Source of the DNA: Camelus dromedarius | Lineage: Eukaryota | Direction of reading: 5' to 3' | Length of the DNA stretch: 64,000 nucleotides | Assembly: GCF_036321535.1 (NCBI RefSeq) | Contig: NC_087462.1 | Coordinates: 18,910,001 to 18,974,000 of the forward strand | In this document: piece by piece, positions 12,701-24,150 of the stretch | Layout: each line of letters starts with the position of its first letter | How positions within the stretch are numbered: position 1 is the first letter of the stretch | Position numbers and translations under genes: made by a program | The notes under the pieces: model-generated | Told to the model about the DNA's origin: nothing | Databases searched by the model: none | Seen by the model: only the letters and a program-made list of their open reading frames with translations

Positions 12701-13344
12701 ACTGCCTGTGTCCCAGGGTTCCCAAACTCCAGAGTTCTTCTTGGAGGGGCCACAAGAAACAGTTTGAGGGTGAGGATGGGGAAGGATACATCTGAGCTGT
12801 CAGTCTCAGGAGATTCCTGGAGTCCTGCTCTGTGTGCCGTCACCTAGGTCCCATCCCAGCTCCACTGCCAGGTGGCCCCACCCTCTTTGGCATCTTCAAG
12901 GACTTTCTACACTTCCCTTCCCCTCACTGGTCAGGGACCTGCTCCCTTTGGTTAGAGTCTCCTCCCCAGGCCAGGGCAGAGGCTGGGAGGACATGCTGTC
13001 AATAGGGAAGACAGACAGAGGGACAGGGAGGGGAGGGGAGGCATGGAGCATGTGGCAGATGGGCCCAGAAGCAGGCTGGAGCCAGCTTCCCAGCTCTGAC
13101 AACCTCAAGTGTCTCTTCTGGTTGTCTCCTTTCAGCCCCATCTGCGGATGCCTCATTTCGTGAGGGAGACCCTGGGCATTTGTTCTAGAACCTAGGCTGT
13201 GATTAGGAAAAGGCAGGAGGCACCCCTTAATGCACCAGAATATTTCTAGACCCTCATCTTGCAGTCAGCTCCAACTGCCACATGGGGAAATTCTTGCTAG
13301 TTTGCAGCCTGGATTCTAATTGCTCATGCTTCCTGTTAAAGCTT

Positions 13345-13705
13345 TCCTGGGCTGTCCTGCCTTAGGATTTGGAAAGACCTGGGTTTATAGCCCAACATTT
13401 TCATATATCAGCTGTATGACTTTGGACCGGCCCCCCACCTCCCTTGAGAGGCAGTGCAACGTAGAGGTTAAGCATGCAGACTCCAGAGCCAAGCCTGCCG
13501 AGGCCCCAACCTCCGCCCTGTGTGCAATCCCCTTACTGGCTGTGCACCTTGGCCAAGTGACTCAATACCCCAGGCCTCTCTCCTGAGCTGTAAAGGAGGA
13601 TTCCACAGGTATCCACTGTATGGGGTTGTCAAAAGGATGCAACATATTCATGCATTGAAAGGACTTGGCATACAGGAGGTGCTTAAACTTGTTAGTCACT
13701 ACTAG
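13345..13705 (+). mobile_element. Two adjacent MIR SINE fragments
   Basis: agctgtatgactttggacc... and gtagaggttaagcatgcagactccagagcc...ccttggccaagtgactcaatacc. Confidence 0.75.
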
Positions 13706-13924
13706 AGCATGGTGAATATTTTCAGGAAGGAATACAGGTAAACTTCAGTCAATAGTTTTCTGCCTTGAAGATGTGTCCATTGTGAAACCATCTCAAAGAG
13801 GTGTGGCCTGGAGGAGTGACCGATAGGCAGGAGGTTCCGGCACCTCGTGCCTTCTTTCCCTACCTCCTCCTCTCCTGTCTCCACTCGGCACTTTTCATGT
13901 AGCTCATGTGTTTCCTGAGGCCCC

Positions 13925-14290
13925 TTATGTGCCAAGTTTTGCCCTTGGGGTTCAGCCCCCAGTAATGAACAGTGTGGGTCCTCTCAGGGACAAACAGTCA
14001 CAAGATTGGAATATACCGCTGGTGGGGATTAGGGAAGACCTCTATAAGAATGTAACATTTAAGCAGTATGACCATTGTTAGGAAGAGCATTTCTAGGCAG
14101 AGGTAACAGCTTGTGCAAAGGCCCTGAGGTAGAAACAATTTTGAGGCACAGGAAGACCAGAGTGGCTAGATTGGAGTGAGAGAGAAAAGATGGGTAGGAG
14201 TAAGTTTGAAATTGTAACCGGGGTCAAATCATAGAAGGCTTTGCAGCCATGATGAGAAATTTGGGCTTAATTTTGAGTTTTCTACCATAA
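13925..14290 (-). mobile_element. L2 fragment
   Basis: gagcatttctaggcagaggtaacagcttgtgcaaaggccctgaggtag. Confidence 0.8.
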
Positions 14291-14375
14291 AGTTGTTATG
14301 AAGGTTAAATGAGAGGAGAGTGGTAAAGTGCTTGGAACAGCATCTGGGATTTGGGGGCCTTAAATAATAGTTAGC

Positions 14376-14515
14376 CTTTTTTCCCCCTTTATTTTATTTT
14401 TATTTTATTATTTTTTATTGAAGTATAGTTGATTTACAATGTCATATTTCTGGTGTACAGCATAGTGACTCACATATACATATATATAAAATTTTTTATA
14501 TTTATATATATATAA
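14376..14515 (-). mobile_element. Short 5'-truncated L1 3' end (cetartiodactyl type) with poly(T)/(TTTTA)n tail
   Basis: ttttattgaagtatagttgatttacaatgtcatatttctggtgtacagcatagtgactca. Confidence 0.8.
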
Positions 14516-15399
14516 CCTCCTCTTTCTTTCCACACTCAGTAGTGAAGCTTTCTTTTGTCTAGTAGTAAACTACATTCTGGTTTAGGAAATAGCACTGTCC
14601 TTAAAGTTACATGAACTTGGGTGACAAGTCTCAGTTCTGCCCCTCCCTGTCTGTGTGGCTTAGGCAAGCCCCCTTCCTTCCTGGAGTGTTTATAAAATGC
14701 CTACATCACATCTCCTGCCCATGTGGCTGGGATGATGAACTTGAAAGTAAAGTGCCGTGGTCAAAGATGCTTATTATTTAAGCTGATTTGCCATCTAAAA
14801 TCAAACTGGCTGGGACCTCAGGGGAAAAAATATCCCTTCGAGCTGCATCGCTGGCAGGTGGGACACCAAGCTCACCTGTAGAGAAAGGTCGGAGGGAGTG
14901 AGAGTGGACAGAGTGACTCCACTCATCACAGGGGACTCTCAGAGTGACTCTGACTGCAGCTTGTGGAACCCCTGGGGCTGGCTGGGAATGACCCCGGATG
15001 GTGCCCTCCAACCCACCTGTGCATTTCCCTGAAAGAGGCAGCCAAGTGCTGACTCAGGGAATTGAAATCCTAATGGTCCCCAAATCTATTATTACATTTT
15101 AATGAGCTGGAAAAGCACAAACAGAAATCCTTAAGGGCATCAGCCGTGACAAACAAATCTAATAAAATAAAACAAAGTGCTTATAAATCCAAGAGTTGTT
15201 TAAAACCCAGAAATTGCAGGTCAATGTATGGAGCTGTGTCTTGTTAGCCTCCAGTAAGCTGCGTGGCCTCCAACAAGTCCCTTCTCTTCCCAGGGCCTCA
15301 GTTTCTCCATCTGTGAAATACAAGGATTGGAAAACACAGTGATCCTTGTGTTCTCTTTCATCCCAGACAGGCTTTGATTCTAGGTATTTCTTAGGGCAA

Positions 15400-15780
15400 G
15401 TCAACCCTGGGCTATGCAGTATCTTTATTTGGCACCTTGTCCCTTGTCTGATCTGCTCTTGAGAATCCTCTTTCCAATCCCAGCTTAAACATCACTCCTC
15501 AGGGCAGCATCCGTCATCACCTTAGACAGAATTGATTCCTCTCTATCAACACCTGAACTCCCTGTGCAAATTTGATAGAAGATAAGTGCATTGTCTTCAA
15601 AATTCTACTTCTGTAGTCCTGAAATATTGTTTATATTGCTCTTATTTAAGCTATCACAATAAACCCACATAGTTATTTCCAAGTATGTCAAATTATCTTC
15701 AAAGCAACAGCATATATTATTCATTTTTGGCTTCTTCCCCAATACCCGGCACAGGATCTGTTTACAACATGCCCTAGCTC
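15400..15780 (+). mobile_element. L2 fragments
   Basis: cttaaacatcactcctcagggcagc...; ttcatttttggcttcttccccaatacccggcacagg. Confidence 0.5.
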
Positions 15781-16130
15781 TTAAAATTTATAACATTACA
15801 CCTTGTCTGTCTACTGCTTGAGATGATCCTCCCCTCGGCCTTGAGGCAGACTCCTATTTATCCTTCAAAACCCAACCCCTAAATCCCCTCGTCTAGTTAA
15901 ATTTTTCCTCCTATAGGCCATAGGAAGAGTGAGTCTTACTTTCGGCTCCTTCGTATCTACCCCCCTTCTGGCATTGCCTGCTGCCAGGATCTGCTTACTG
16001 TCAGTCCTCCCCTCTAGGCTGGGGCTCCATGAAAAAGGTACCAGGACACTTCACGTCTGCATCCCCGCGTCCTTGGCCAGGATCTGTGAGGGCCTTGGTG
16101 CAAGTTAGGGAAATTGAGCTTAATTTCCAG

Positions 16131-16530
16131 ACAATGGAGGAGCTATTAAACAGATACGTCAGGGGTCTGCATAAAACCGCGTACACATGGGCAGATACCC
16201 ACAAACCAGAATAACCCCCAAGCTGTAGACTCCTCAGCTGGATTCCAGCCTCCAACCACCTTTCCTACTCTCCCAGTTCCCTCCTGCTCATCCCTCATCT
16301 GTATAAGTAAGGCTGACAGTATCTTCCAGGGGACATTATCTCCTCGGACACTGTTGTGTTTCTGAGGTTGAGAGGGTAGGGCGTTCACAGGTAGTGTCCT
16401 ATAGTATATGCTTTGCAATATAAGCATACACTCTATATGATGTCCTTTTCTGTAAATTAACTTTGTAACGAGAAAGTTTATGTGAGAAAAAATTTAAATT
16501 GATAAATAAAGCCAGTGGTCAGCATTAAAC
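16131..16530 (+). other. Candidate terminal exon of an unidentified transcript
   Basis: Acceptor taatttccag at 16121-16130, short open frame TMEELLNRYVRGLHKTAYTWADTHKPE* ending 16214, followed by UTR-like sequence and poly(A) signals; no recognisable homology. Confidence 0.3.
16450..16530 (+). terminator. Candidate polyadenylation signal region
   Basis: AATAAA 16505-16510 and ATTAAA 16524-16529, two upstream TGTA elements (about 16452 and 16464), AT-rich context outside any repeat tail. Confidence 0.45.
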
Positions 16531-17161
16531 AGGTTTCAGAAGTGTCCTGCAGTCTTCCTGTGGAGCCCGCGCTGGGCAGCAGCAGGAGGAGCCGAGTTCT
16601 CAGGGTAGTGAGCTCGCCGTGGGGCAGCCAGAGCTCGTTAGACCAATCCATCACCTGCCCACCAGTTCTCCGGCCTCGCCTCTGGGCTTCCAGCAGAGAG
16701 TCTCACCAGGGATTTCTCTGTCCTCTCCTGACCTGACCTGGAGAGCTGTGTGTGCCCCGGTACTTATTACCCCCAGTCTGGTTCTGGGCTAAAAAGCATG
16801 GGTCAGGTTCAGATCTGATCAGAGAGAGAGCCAGAAGGTCTGGACAGATGTGCTGGCTTGTGGCAGAAGCCCCGGAAAAGGCAAGACCTGGGTCTTGGGC
16901 TCAATTCTGCCTATAACCTTGGGCCTCAGTTCTGAGCTGCCTCATGGGGGCAGTGGGACTTCCTTGTCATGAATTCGCTGACCCTCTCCCTCCCAGGACT
17001 GCCTCCTGTTAGTCAGTAGTTCTGACTCCCCGACCCTCCCCTGGGATCAGAGTAGCCCAATCTTGGGATGGGGGCAGGCAGCTCGTGTGTATGCCAGAGA
17101 TTCAAGTCCCTGGGACTGTCCAGTAAGAATCATTTACATTTGCAGGTCAATGATTCCAGTC

Positions 17162-17460
17162 ACTTTTTTTTAAATCATTTTTTTCTTTTTTTAAATTAAA
17201 GTATAGTTGATTTACAATATTGTATTAGTTTCATATGTACAAAAAAGTGATTCGGTTTTATATATATATATTTTCAGATCATTTTCCGTTATAGATTATT
17301 ACACTATGCTGATACTGTCCCCTGTGTTGTACAGTAAATCCTTGTTGCTGATCTGTTTTATGCATAGTACTCCTCATTTATCGCGCTCCCCCTCCCTCTC
17401 CCCTTTGGTAACCATAAGTTTGTTTTCTATGTCTCTGAGTCTGTTTCTGTCTTTTTTTTC
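17162..17460 (-). mobile_element. L1 3' end (cetartiodactyl type), 5'-truncated
   Basis: ttttttaaattaaagtatagttgatttacaatattgtattagtttc...ggtaaccataagtttgttttctatgtctctgagtctgtttctg. Confidence 0.88.
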
Positions 17461-17469
17461 TGTCCTAAG

Positions 17470-17628
17470 CTATCTCTTCACCCTGCTCCCCACCCCTCTC
17501 CTAGTCCCTAATGTCTTTCTCTCTGGGTGTGGCTTTGCATTTTTCTTCCTCTTCACCTCCTTCTACCTCTGACTTCTCTCTCTTCCTCTCCCTCCCTCTC
17601 CCTGTTTCTCCCTCCACCTCTCCCTCTG
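17470..17628. repeat. CT-rich low-complexity polypyrimidine tract
   Basis: Directly visible ttcttcctcttcacctcc...ctccctccctctccc. Confidence 0.8.
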
Positions 17629-17779
17629 TGCAGGTTTTTGTCTAACTGTCCATCCTTCTCATAAGAAAGGGTCCCTTCTGGGGCCCAGGGTCCAGGACAA
17701 GCATCCTATGGACATTCCTGCCGTCCAGCTTCTGGCTGGGGTGTGGCATCTGCCCTGGGTTTGCTTCCACTTGCAAAGG

Positions 17780-17900
17780 GCATCTGTAATTAATATGGGC
17801 AGTGATTAAGGAGCCTGAGATGTGTTTATGCATCTTGCGGGCTAGAGTGAAACACCCATAACATTTAATGTGGCGCATTGACATTTAAATGTCAGCTAAA
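17780..17900. promoter_or_regulatory. Candidate conserved element with tandem palindromes
   Basis: TAATTA, GTGATTAA, ACATTTAATGT and perfect palindrome TGACATTTAAATGTCA (17879-17894). Confidence 0.45.
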
Positions 17901-18399
17901 AGTCCCCGACCCCCTGTTCTGCTTGGCTGTCCCCTAGATCCTCAGATGAACATTGCCCTCCTGCCTGCCTCGCCAGCCCCACTGAGGGCTATTGGCATGT
18001 GGATGACATGGCAGCCACAGTGACCGTGATATTAGGGGTGGGCAGAGTCTGAACAGGCTGAGAGCATTCCAGGCTTGGAGGACAGCATGAAGGGAGGCAG
18101 GGAGGGAGATGGTGCCAGGCTGGATCAGGAATGTGCAGGAAGTTGGCTGGAGTCCGTGTATGAAGGGGACACGTGGGAAGCAAAACTAGAGGCAGCTTCT
18201 TCCTCTTGTCCCTGTCCCTCCGGGACATTGCCTCAAGCTCACTTGCCACTTATCACTTAGGTGCAAAGTCTCTGCTTCTGATCACCCTCTACTAGACTGG
18301 GGGCTTCTTAAGGCCCCAGTGGGTCCATGTCTGATTCACCTTTCCACTGCGCATGATGCCAAGTGTGCACTGTGTGCCGGGCACAATGTAGGTATGCAA

Positions 18400-18620
18400 G
18401 AATGGTCCATTCAGTTTGATGAAATACTTATTTATTGAGTTCCAACTATGTGGTAGGACTTATTTTAGACACTGAGGCTACAAAAATGATTAGGACTTAG
18501 ACTTGACCTCAAGGAGTGTATTATGTTCTTAAAGACAAACAGAAAAGGCAAATGCTAAGATAGGTGGAGGCAAAGGGAGAGGCAGCTGGCCCAGCAAGGA
18601 CGACAGGGAGGGCTTCCTGG
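18400..18620 (-). mobile_element. L2 3' fragment
   Basis: aaatacttatttattgagttccaactatgtggtagg...cttgacctcaaggagtgta. Confidence 0.7.
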
Positions 18621-20152
18621 GGGAGCTCAAATAAAGCTGAGCCAAAGAGCAAATGTGCATGTGCAAGGCAGATAGGAAGCAGAAGGAATTCTAGGCAGAG
18701 GGCGCCGCACAAGTGTGGCGACAGGGATGAGCCCAGGAGTGTTCAGTGACAAGGATGAATGAGTGGTCAGTCACCCGGCCACAACAGCTACACTGTGAAA
18801 TCCCTGCCCAGGGACCACGTGACTGCACAGGAGCTCTGTGAGGACAGGGACCTCGGCTGCCTTGTTCATGACTGCTTACAAGAGGTGGGAAGAATGCCTG
18901 ACACACTGCAGGCATCTGATAAACATTTGTTGGGTGAATAAATAAATGCTCTCTTCTCCAGCCTCTCTTCCCATGTCCAGTTCCCAAAGCCCAGTGGGGT
19001 CCCCATAAGTGCATTGATTTTGTGAGAGCCCTTCTGAGAGTCTGGCATCCTGCGGGTACCCATCCCTTCATCCCCTGCATGTCATCTCCCAGCCCCTGAG
19101 CTGCCCTGTTTGAGAACGATATGCTCTATTTTCTCAAAAAAAAAAAAAAAAAAGTCTTTTCAACAAGGGGCAAATTTTCATCTAAAGTTTCCTGGAATTT
19201 TAGTACAGAGAAATCTATCTTCCTGAGCCCAGGACTCTAGGCTGCAGGTGAAGAATGAAACACAGCATGTGGAACATCTGTCCTGAATAGGGTTCAGGCC
19301 CTGGAGTAACACGTGGGACCAGGTCCTGTCCTGTGGCCCCTTGAAGTCCCCAGCCCCAAGGCAGGCATTCATCTTCTCCTCCACTCTGAAAGGGGAGCCC
19401 AAGCCAGAGGCACCGAGTTTCTAGATAGTTGGTTTTGTATCCAGAGGCATTTCTCACTGCCTCCCAGAGCCTTCCACACCCAGATCTAATTCCCCCTGTA
19501 ATCTGCCCTTTTAGTTTTCGACCCTGCTGGAGGCTTGCTAGGAGAGCCTGCAAAACCCAGAGCTTCCCTATTCTCCATCCACCCACCTGTCATTTACTCG
19601 TCCTCACTCCTGGCTGGAAGCCTCCCCAGAGTGCAGGTGGCTATCTTGCCTATCGATTTGGCAGGCGCTGCTCCTCTCCACCTTGGCTGGGGCAGTTCAC
19701 ACTTTCCAACCATGCAGGCACAGCAGTGAAAGAAATGAGTCCAGTGATTGCTCTGACTTTGAATCAATCCGTTGCTCAGTTTCCTGGAATCGCATCCCAG
19801 TGGCTGCTATTCATGGAACTGCATGGAGTGGTACCCAAAGCCTACTGGACACAGGCTCACGGTTCTACATTCAGTTTGATGATACCACCTGCTCATGCAC
19901 AGGGCTTCCTCATCTGTCCTTACCCAGACACCTCACACTCCGGCCTGAGTTTTCTGGGGCAAGGGGATCTGCACTAAGTATTTGCCATAAGCAGTGCCGT
20001 AAAAGTCTTCCTTTGTCTCCCTCTTTCCTATAGCTTACCTGCAGAGGAATGCAAAGGCATACAACATAGTTTATTTAGCTGTGGAGGTTTTACAATTTTG
20101 GACATATTTAGGAAGTTTCCTGTCATAACATTCTGCTCTCAAACACTGTTCT

Positions 20153-20192
20153 TACACACACACGTGTGCGCGCGTACGCACACACACACACA
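20153..20192. repeat. 40-bp alternating purine/pyrimidine tract (CA/CG/TG)
   Basis: tacacacacacgtgtgcgcgcgtacgcacacacacacaca. Confidence 0.9.
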
Positions 20193-21104
20193 ATCCCCAA
20201 CCACCCTCCATCCTCCTTCCTCTGTTGCCTTGTCACAGCACACTGTGAGCACATCAAAAAGTGAATACACAAGAAAGGTCTTCTGAATCTTCAACAGGAG
20301 TCGTCATCAAGTAGAGAAGCCCATACCCCATAGGTACGCAAATGCTCATCACAGATACAGGAAGAAACCATGGGCCTTCTATTGATAATTTTTTATTTTG
20401 TCACTCCTGACTTCTGTTAACTATGCATGTTTGATAAGTACATTGCATATTAGCCCAGTAGCCTGTGCCGATAATATATTAAAAACTATACTCACGTTCT
20501 GGGGGAGTTCAAAAATTGTAGCTCCATATTTTTCCTATGATTGTATTCTCCCAACCCTGCTCAGATGTCCTTCAAACGTCTCTAAGGGTTCTGGAGGGTA
20601 AATTGAGAACAACAACACTTGTTTGAACAATATCTTTCTTGTGATACTTCATTTGGTCTTTCCAGTGATCAAAGGTGCTGGTGACGGAGGTCGCGGATGT
20701 GGAGCTGACCATGGTCCTGAATCAGCATTGCCTCTATGCCTCTATGGTGAATTGCCGGGGGTGCCGATAAAAAATTCAGATTCTTACATGCTCCCTACCC
20801 TTCCAGACCCATTTAACCACACTCTATTCAGAGATGTGGTCTGTGAACCTGTATCTTTAAAAGCACTTCAAATAATTGCCCAACCAAGCAAGGACACCAT
20901 TGAGTTAGGACATGGTCTTGCTCTTCACCATGGGAGGCAGGGGACTCTTGTCCAACCTCACCCAGAAGCCTGCGTGTGGTTTGTCATTGTTTTCCATTTT
21001 TGTGAGACTTTTTTCCTGTTTATGCTCTTGCAGAACAAACAGACTATTTATATTGCTGATGACACATCCCTTTGAAAAAAACCTATCAGGTTTCATTCAT
21101 TCAT

Positions 21105-21290
21105 TCAATAAATGTTTTTACCAGTTACACTTGTTATCATTTTTATTTTCACTTGGCAAATACAGAAACTGAGGCCCAGAGAGACTGAGAGATTTGTTTC
21201 TTACGTAGCTGGTAAGCAATAGATTCAGAAACTGGACCCAAGGTACCTGGCCCCGAGTCTTGTGCCCTTTTAATTTTTACTTCAGGACAT
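21105..21290 (-). mobile_element. MIR SINE fragment
   Basis: agaaactgaggcccagagagactgagagatttg...gattcagaaactggaccca. Confidence 0.7.
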
Positions 21291-22989
21291 TTTAATGAAA
21301 TGGCCACGAGACCAGAGCTCCGTGTGCAGAGTACATTGTGCCCCTCGGCTCTTCTCCTCTCCTCCTCTCCTCCTCTCGCCCCCCGCCCCCAAGTGCAGGC
21401 TGCAGAAGAAATTAACATTCAGGGCACGTTCTGCTCCCTTCTGATCCCATAGAGAGAACACAGCCTCTGCCTGCCAATTAGTGACGTTCAGATCTTTATT
21501 AGACACGGGGACAGCACGTTCCAGTTATGCAAACGCCCTTGTCTGAAAGCAGCCATGGGCCAGCACACCAGTCCCACCTCTCCCCACAGAGTCACCGTGG
21601 AGGTGACCTGGCACTACCAGTGTTGCTTCAATCAATGGTTCAGTCAGTAACTATTGAGCCTTGTCCAGGGTGCTGAAGAAAGCAAGGGGGCACATACAGC
21701 CTCTGCCTAAAAGACCCTAGAGCCCAGTGGAGAGTGGAGAGTTAAAAAGGCCCTCTGCTCTTTTTGAAACATTCACGATTTCTGTGTATTACTCACCAAC
21801 AATAGGTAAGGAAAGGAGTTAACATTTGATAAGTACTCACTGTGTGCCAGGCACTGTTAAGCATTTTATATTCTTCATCTGATTCAAATCTGTTAATTTT
21901 ATATGAGAAACAGTGTGCTTTTTTCCCCCAAAGCATGTGCTTTAAGTCATGAAGGATAATTAGGACTGTAATCCTGGCCCTGCCAGTTTTACCCTGAGAG
22001 ACCTTGTGACCTCAAAGTCTTCATGGGAGGAAATAATATCTGTCTCCTAGGATTCCTAAGAGGAGTAATTAGAAAGTGTTTCTAAGTCCAAGTGTCTCAT
22101 CTCCATGTGACACAGCAAAGTATTACAATGCCTAATCTGTAAGAAAATGATAACAATGAGACAAATGCAGGATATGTGTTAGCAACAATGTGAAAATAAT
22201 ATATGTATAAGGATGGCGTCTGAGAGAGGACAATTATGGAAGAAAACTTCTCTTCTTCTAATCCTGAGCTATCTGTACTGTTATGTGTTTTCTTCTAAGC
22301 TTTTAAAGGAAAAGGGAAAGATTGCATTAAACCGAGCCTCCAAGAGATTCAGTGACTGGCCCAAGTTCACACAGTGATTGGAGGGACCAAGATAGGGCTG
22401 GGACTATATTTTCAATATCCCTCTCTCCCTGCACACCATGCTGCCTCCCTCCCCTCAGGAAACAGATCTGCATGGCTCAGAGACCACATCGTCTACACTG
22501 ATACATGGACCAGGGTTGACTTCTCTCCTGGGGACTGGACTGGTGATGAAGGCTTGTACCGAAGCAAAAAACTAGGCAGAGGAAGGGGAGGATGGAAGTT
22601 AAACAGGCCCCTGGTTGTCAGGGACAATGCTATTAACAAGAGTAGAGCACCATGAAATTAATGACCCACCCAAAGCACCTGAGAAATTGAACTGGTTATT
22701 AAGATGCAAAACCATAAACCAGCAGAAGGAGGGAAACAAAGAATCAGGAAGAAGGAAGTTATGGCATGGAGTACGGAGAACAAAATATCTGCGGCAAGCA
22801 GCCAGATATTAAAAAAAAAAAAAAAAGAATCTGATTCAGGATTCTGGAGGGCAGGGGTCTGTAGCTTGAGAGGTGGGAATAGTTGTTATTTGAAGAGCTG
22901 GAAACAAAAATGTGCAAGGTTCAGCTGTCGAAAGAATGGAATACCGGTCAGCGCCTGAGGGGTAGGGGCAGGCACTCACGGATGAGAGA

Positions 22990-23201
22990 TAGTGTTTCTC
23001 AACATGAAGGGGTTTTGCCCCTGAGCATGTTTGAGAACTTCTGGAGGCAAATTTGGTGGGCACAAGTCGAGAGAGGTGCTCCTGGTCCCTAGAGAGTGGA
23101 GACCAGGTGTGTTGCTAAACCTCCCACAGTGCACAGGAGAACCCCCACGGCAGAGAGTTACCCAGTCCCGAGAGCCCAAAGTGTTGCGTGGAGACACCTT
23201 G
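22990..23201 (+). mobile_element. MER20 hAT-Charlie MITE
   Basis: tagtgtttctcaac...gtgttgctaaacctcccacagtgcacaggagaacccccac...gtggagacaccttg follows the MER20 layout. Confidence 0.85.
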
Positions 23202-23939
23202 GTCTAAGGGATGAGTGAGAAGTGGGAGACAGGAAGTGAGGGGGGTTGGAGATGAGACCAAACATCAGATGGAAAGTCAGGGGGAAAGAAGTCAGACTAG
23301 GGGTGAAGAGTTAAGAGGACGAAAGGTTAAGTGATGAGTCAGAGAAGGATCTCATACAGATCAGGCAGAAGTCAGGAGATGGGACCCAGCTCCAGACCTC
23401 AGACAGGTCAGGAGCTAACCACTGAAGAAGCAAAGATTAAGAAGCAATGGGGGAGACAGTTGAGGCCAGAGCCAGGAAGATGGTCAGTGGCAGGTCACCC
23501 TGGTCACAGTTTGGACGGCGAGTAAGCATGATGGGTGTGGGTTGAGGCGATGGTGCCCTGGACAGGAGTTTGAACAAAGCCAAAGGGGGCCAGCAATGGA
23601 CTATGGGGTCTAAACATTCCACCCCAAGAGTCAGGGGCAGGTCGCTGGTTGGAGGTGACCTGTAGTGGCTGAGGGGAGGGGTAGAAGGGAGAACCTTGAG
23701 GGGGATGAAGAGGCCACCAATCCCAGGAATATTGTTAGTACTCTCGGGAGAGCAGAGACCCAACCAAGAATCTCTGAGCAGCAAATGGAAACCAACTAGA
23801 GAAACTGACTATGGGGGCAGCTGCTTACTGTACTCCTCCTGTTCTGGCCCTAGAAACACTCCCCACTGCAAGCACCAGGCGGTCTCAGTGAAGAGCTGCT
23901 CTGGGTCCAGGCTACAACCTCAGCAAAGGATGAGGTTTG

Positions 23940-24150
23940 CACCCAGGGTCAGGGCAGCCCTGGTGTGTAGAGCATGGCTATGAAGTCAGACCCCTGCAGT
24001 TCCGAATCCTTGCTCTGCCACCTTCTGTATGTGTGACCCTTGACTCTGAACCTCGATTTCCTGATCTGTAAAATGGGAGCAATAAAGGAGATTATCCATG
24101 TGGACTAACTGAACTATAGAAGACTTTGTGGCTGTTATTATTATGGGAAC
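23940..24150 (+). mobile_element. MIR SINE
   Basis: agagcatggctatgaagtcagacc...ctctgccacctt...tgtgtgacc...tttcctgatctgtaaaatgggag. Confidence 0.85.

Noticed and set aside
14919-14954. PLITGDSQSDSD resembles the KIF6 C-terminal PLTGDSQTDSD as I recall it
   Set aside because: Flanking residues and codons do not match and there is no acceptor or other kinesin exon; treated as coincidence
19429-20033. Two overlapping ORFs of 182 and 116 aa in unique DNA
   Set aside because: No domain similarity that I recognise and no convincing splice boundaries
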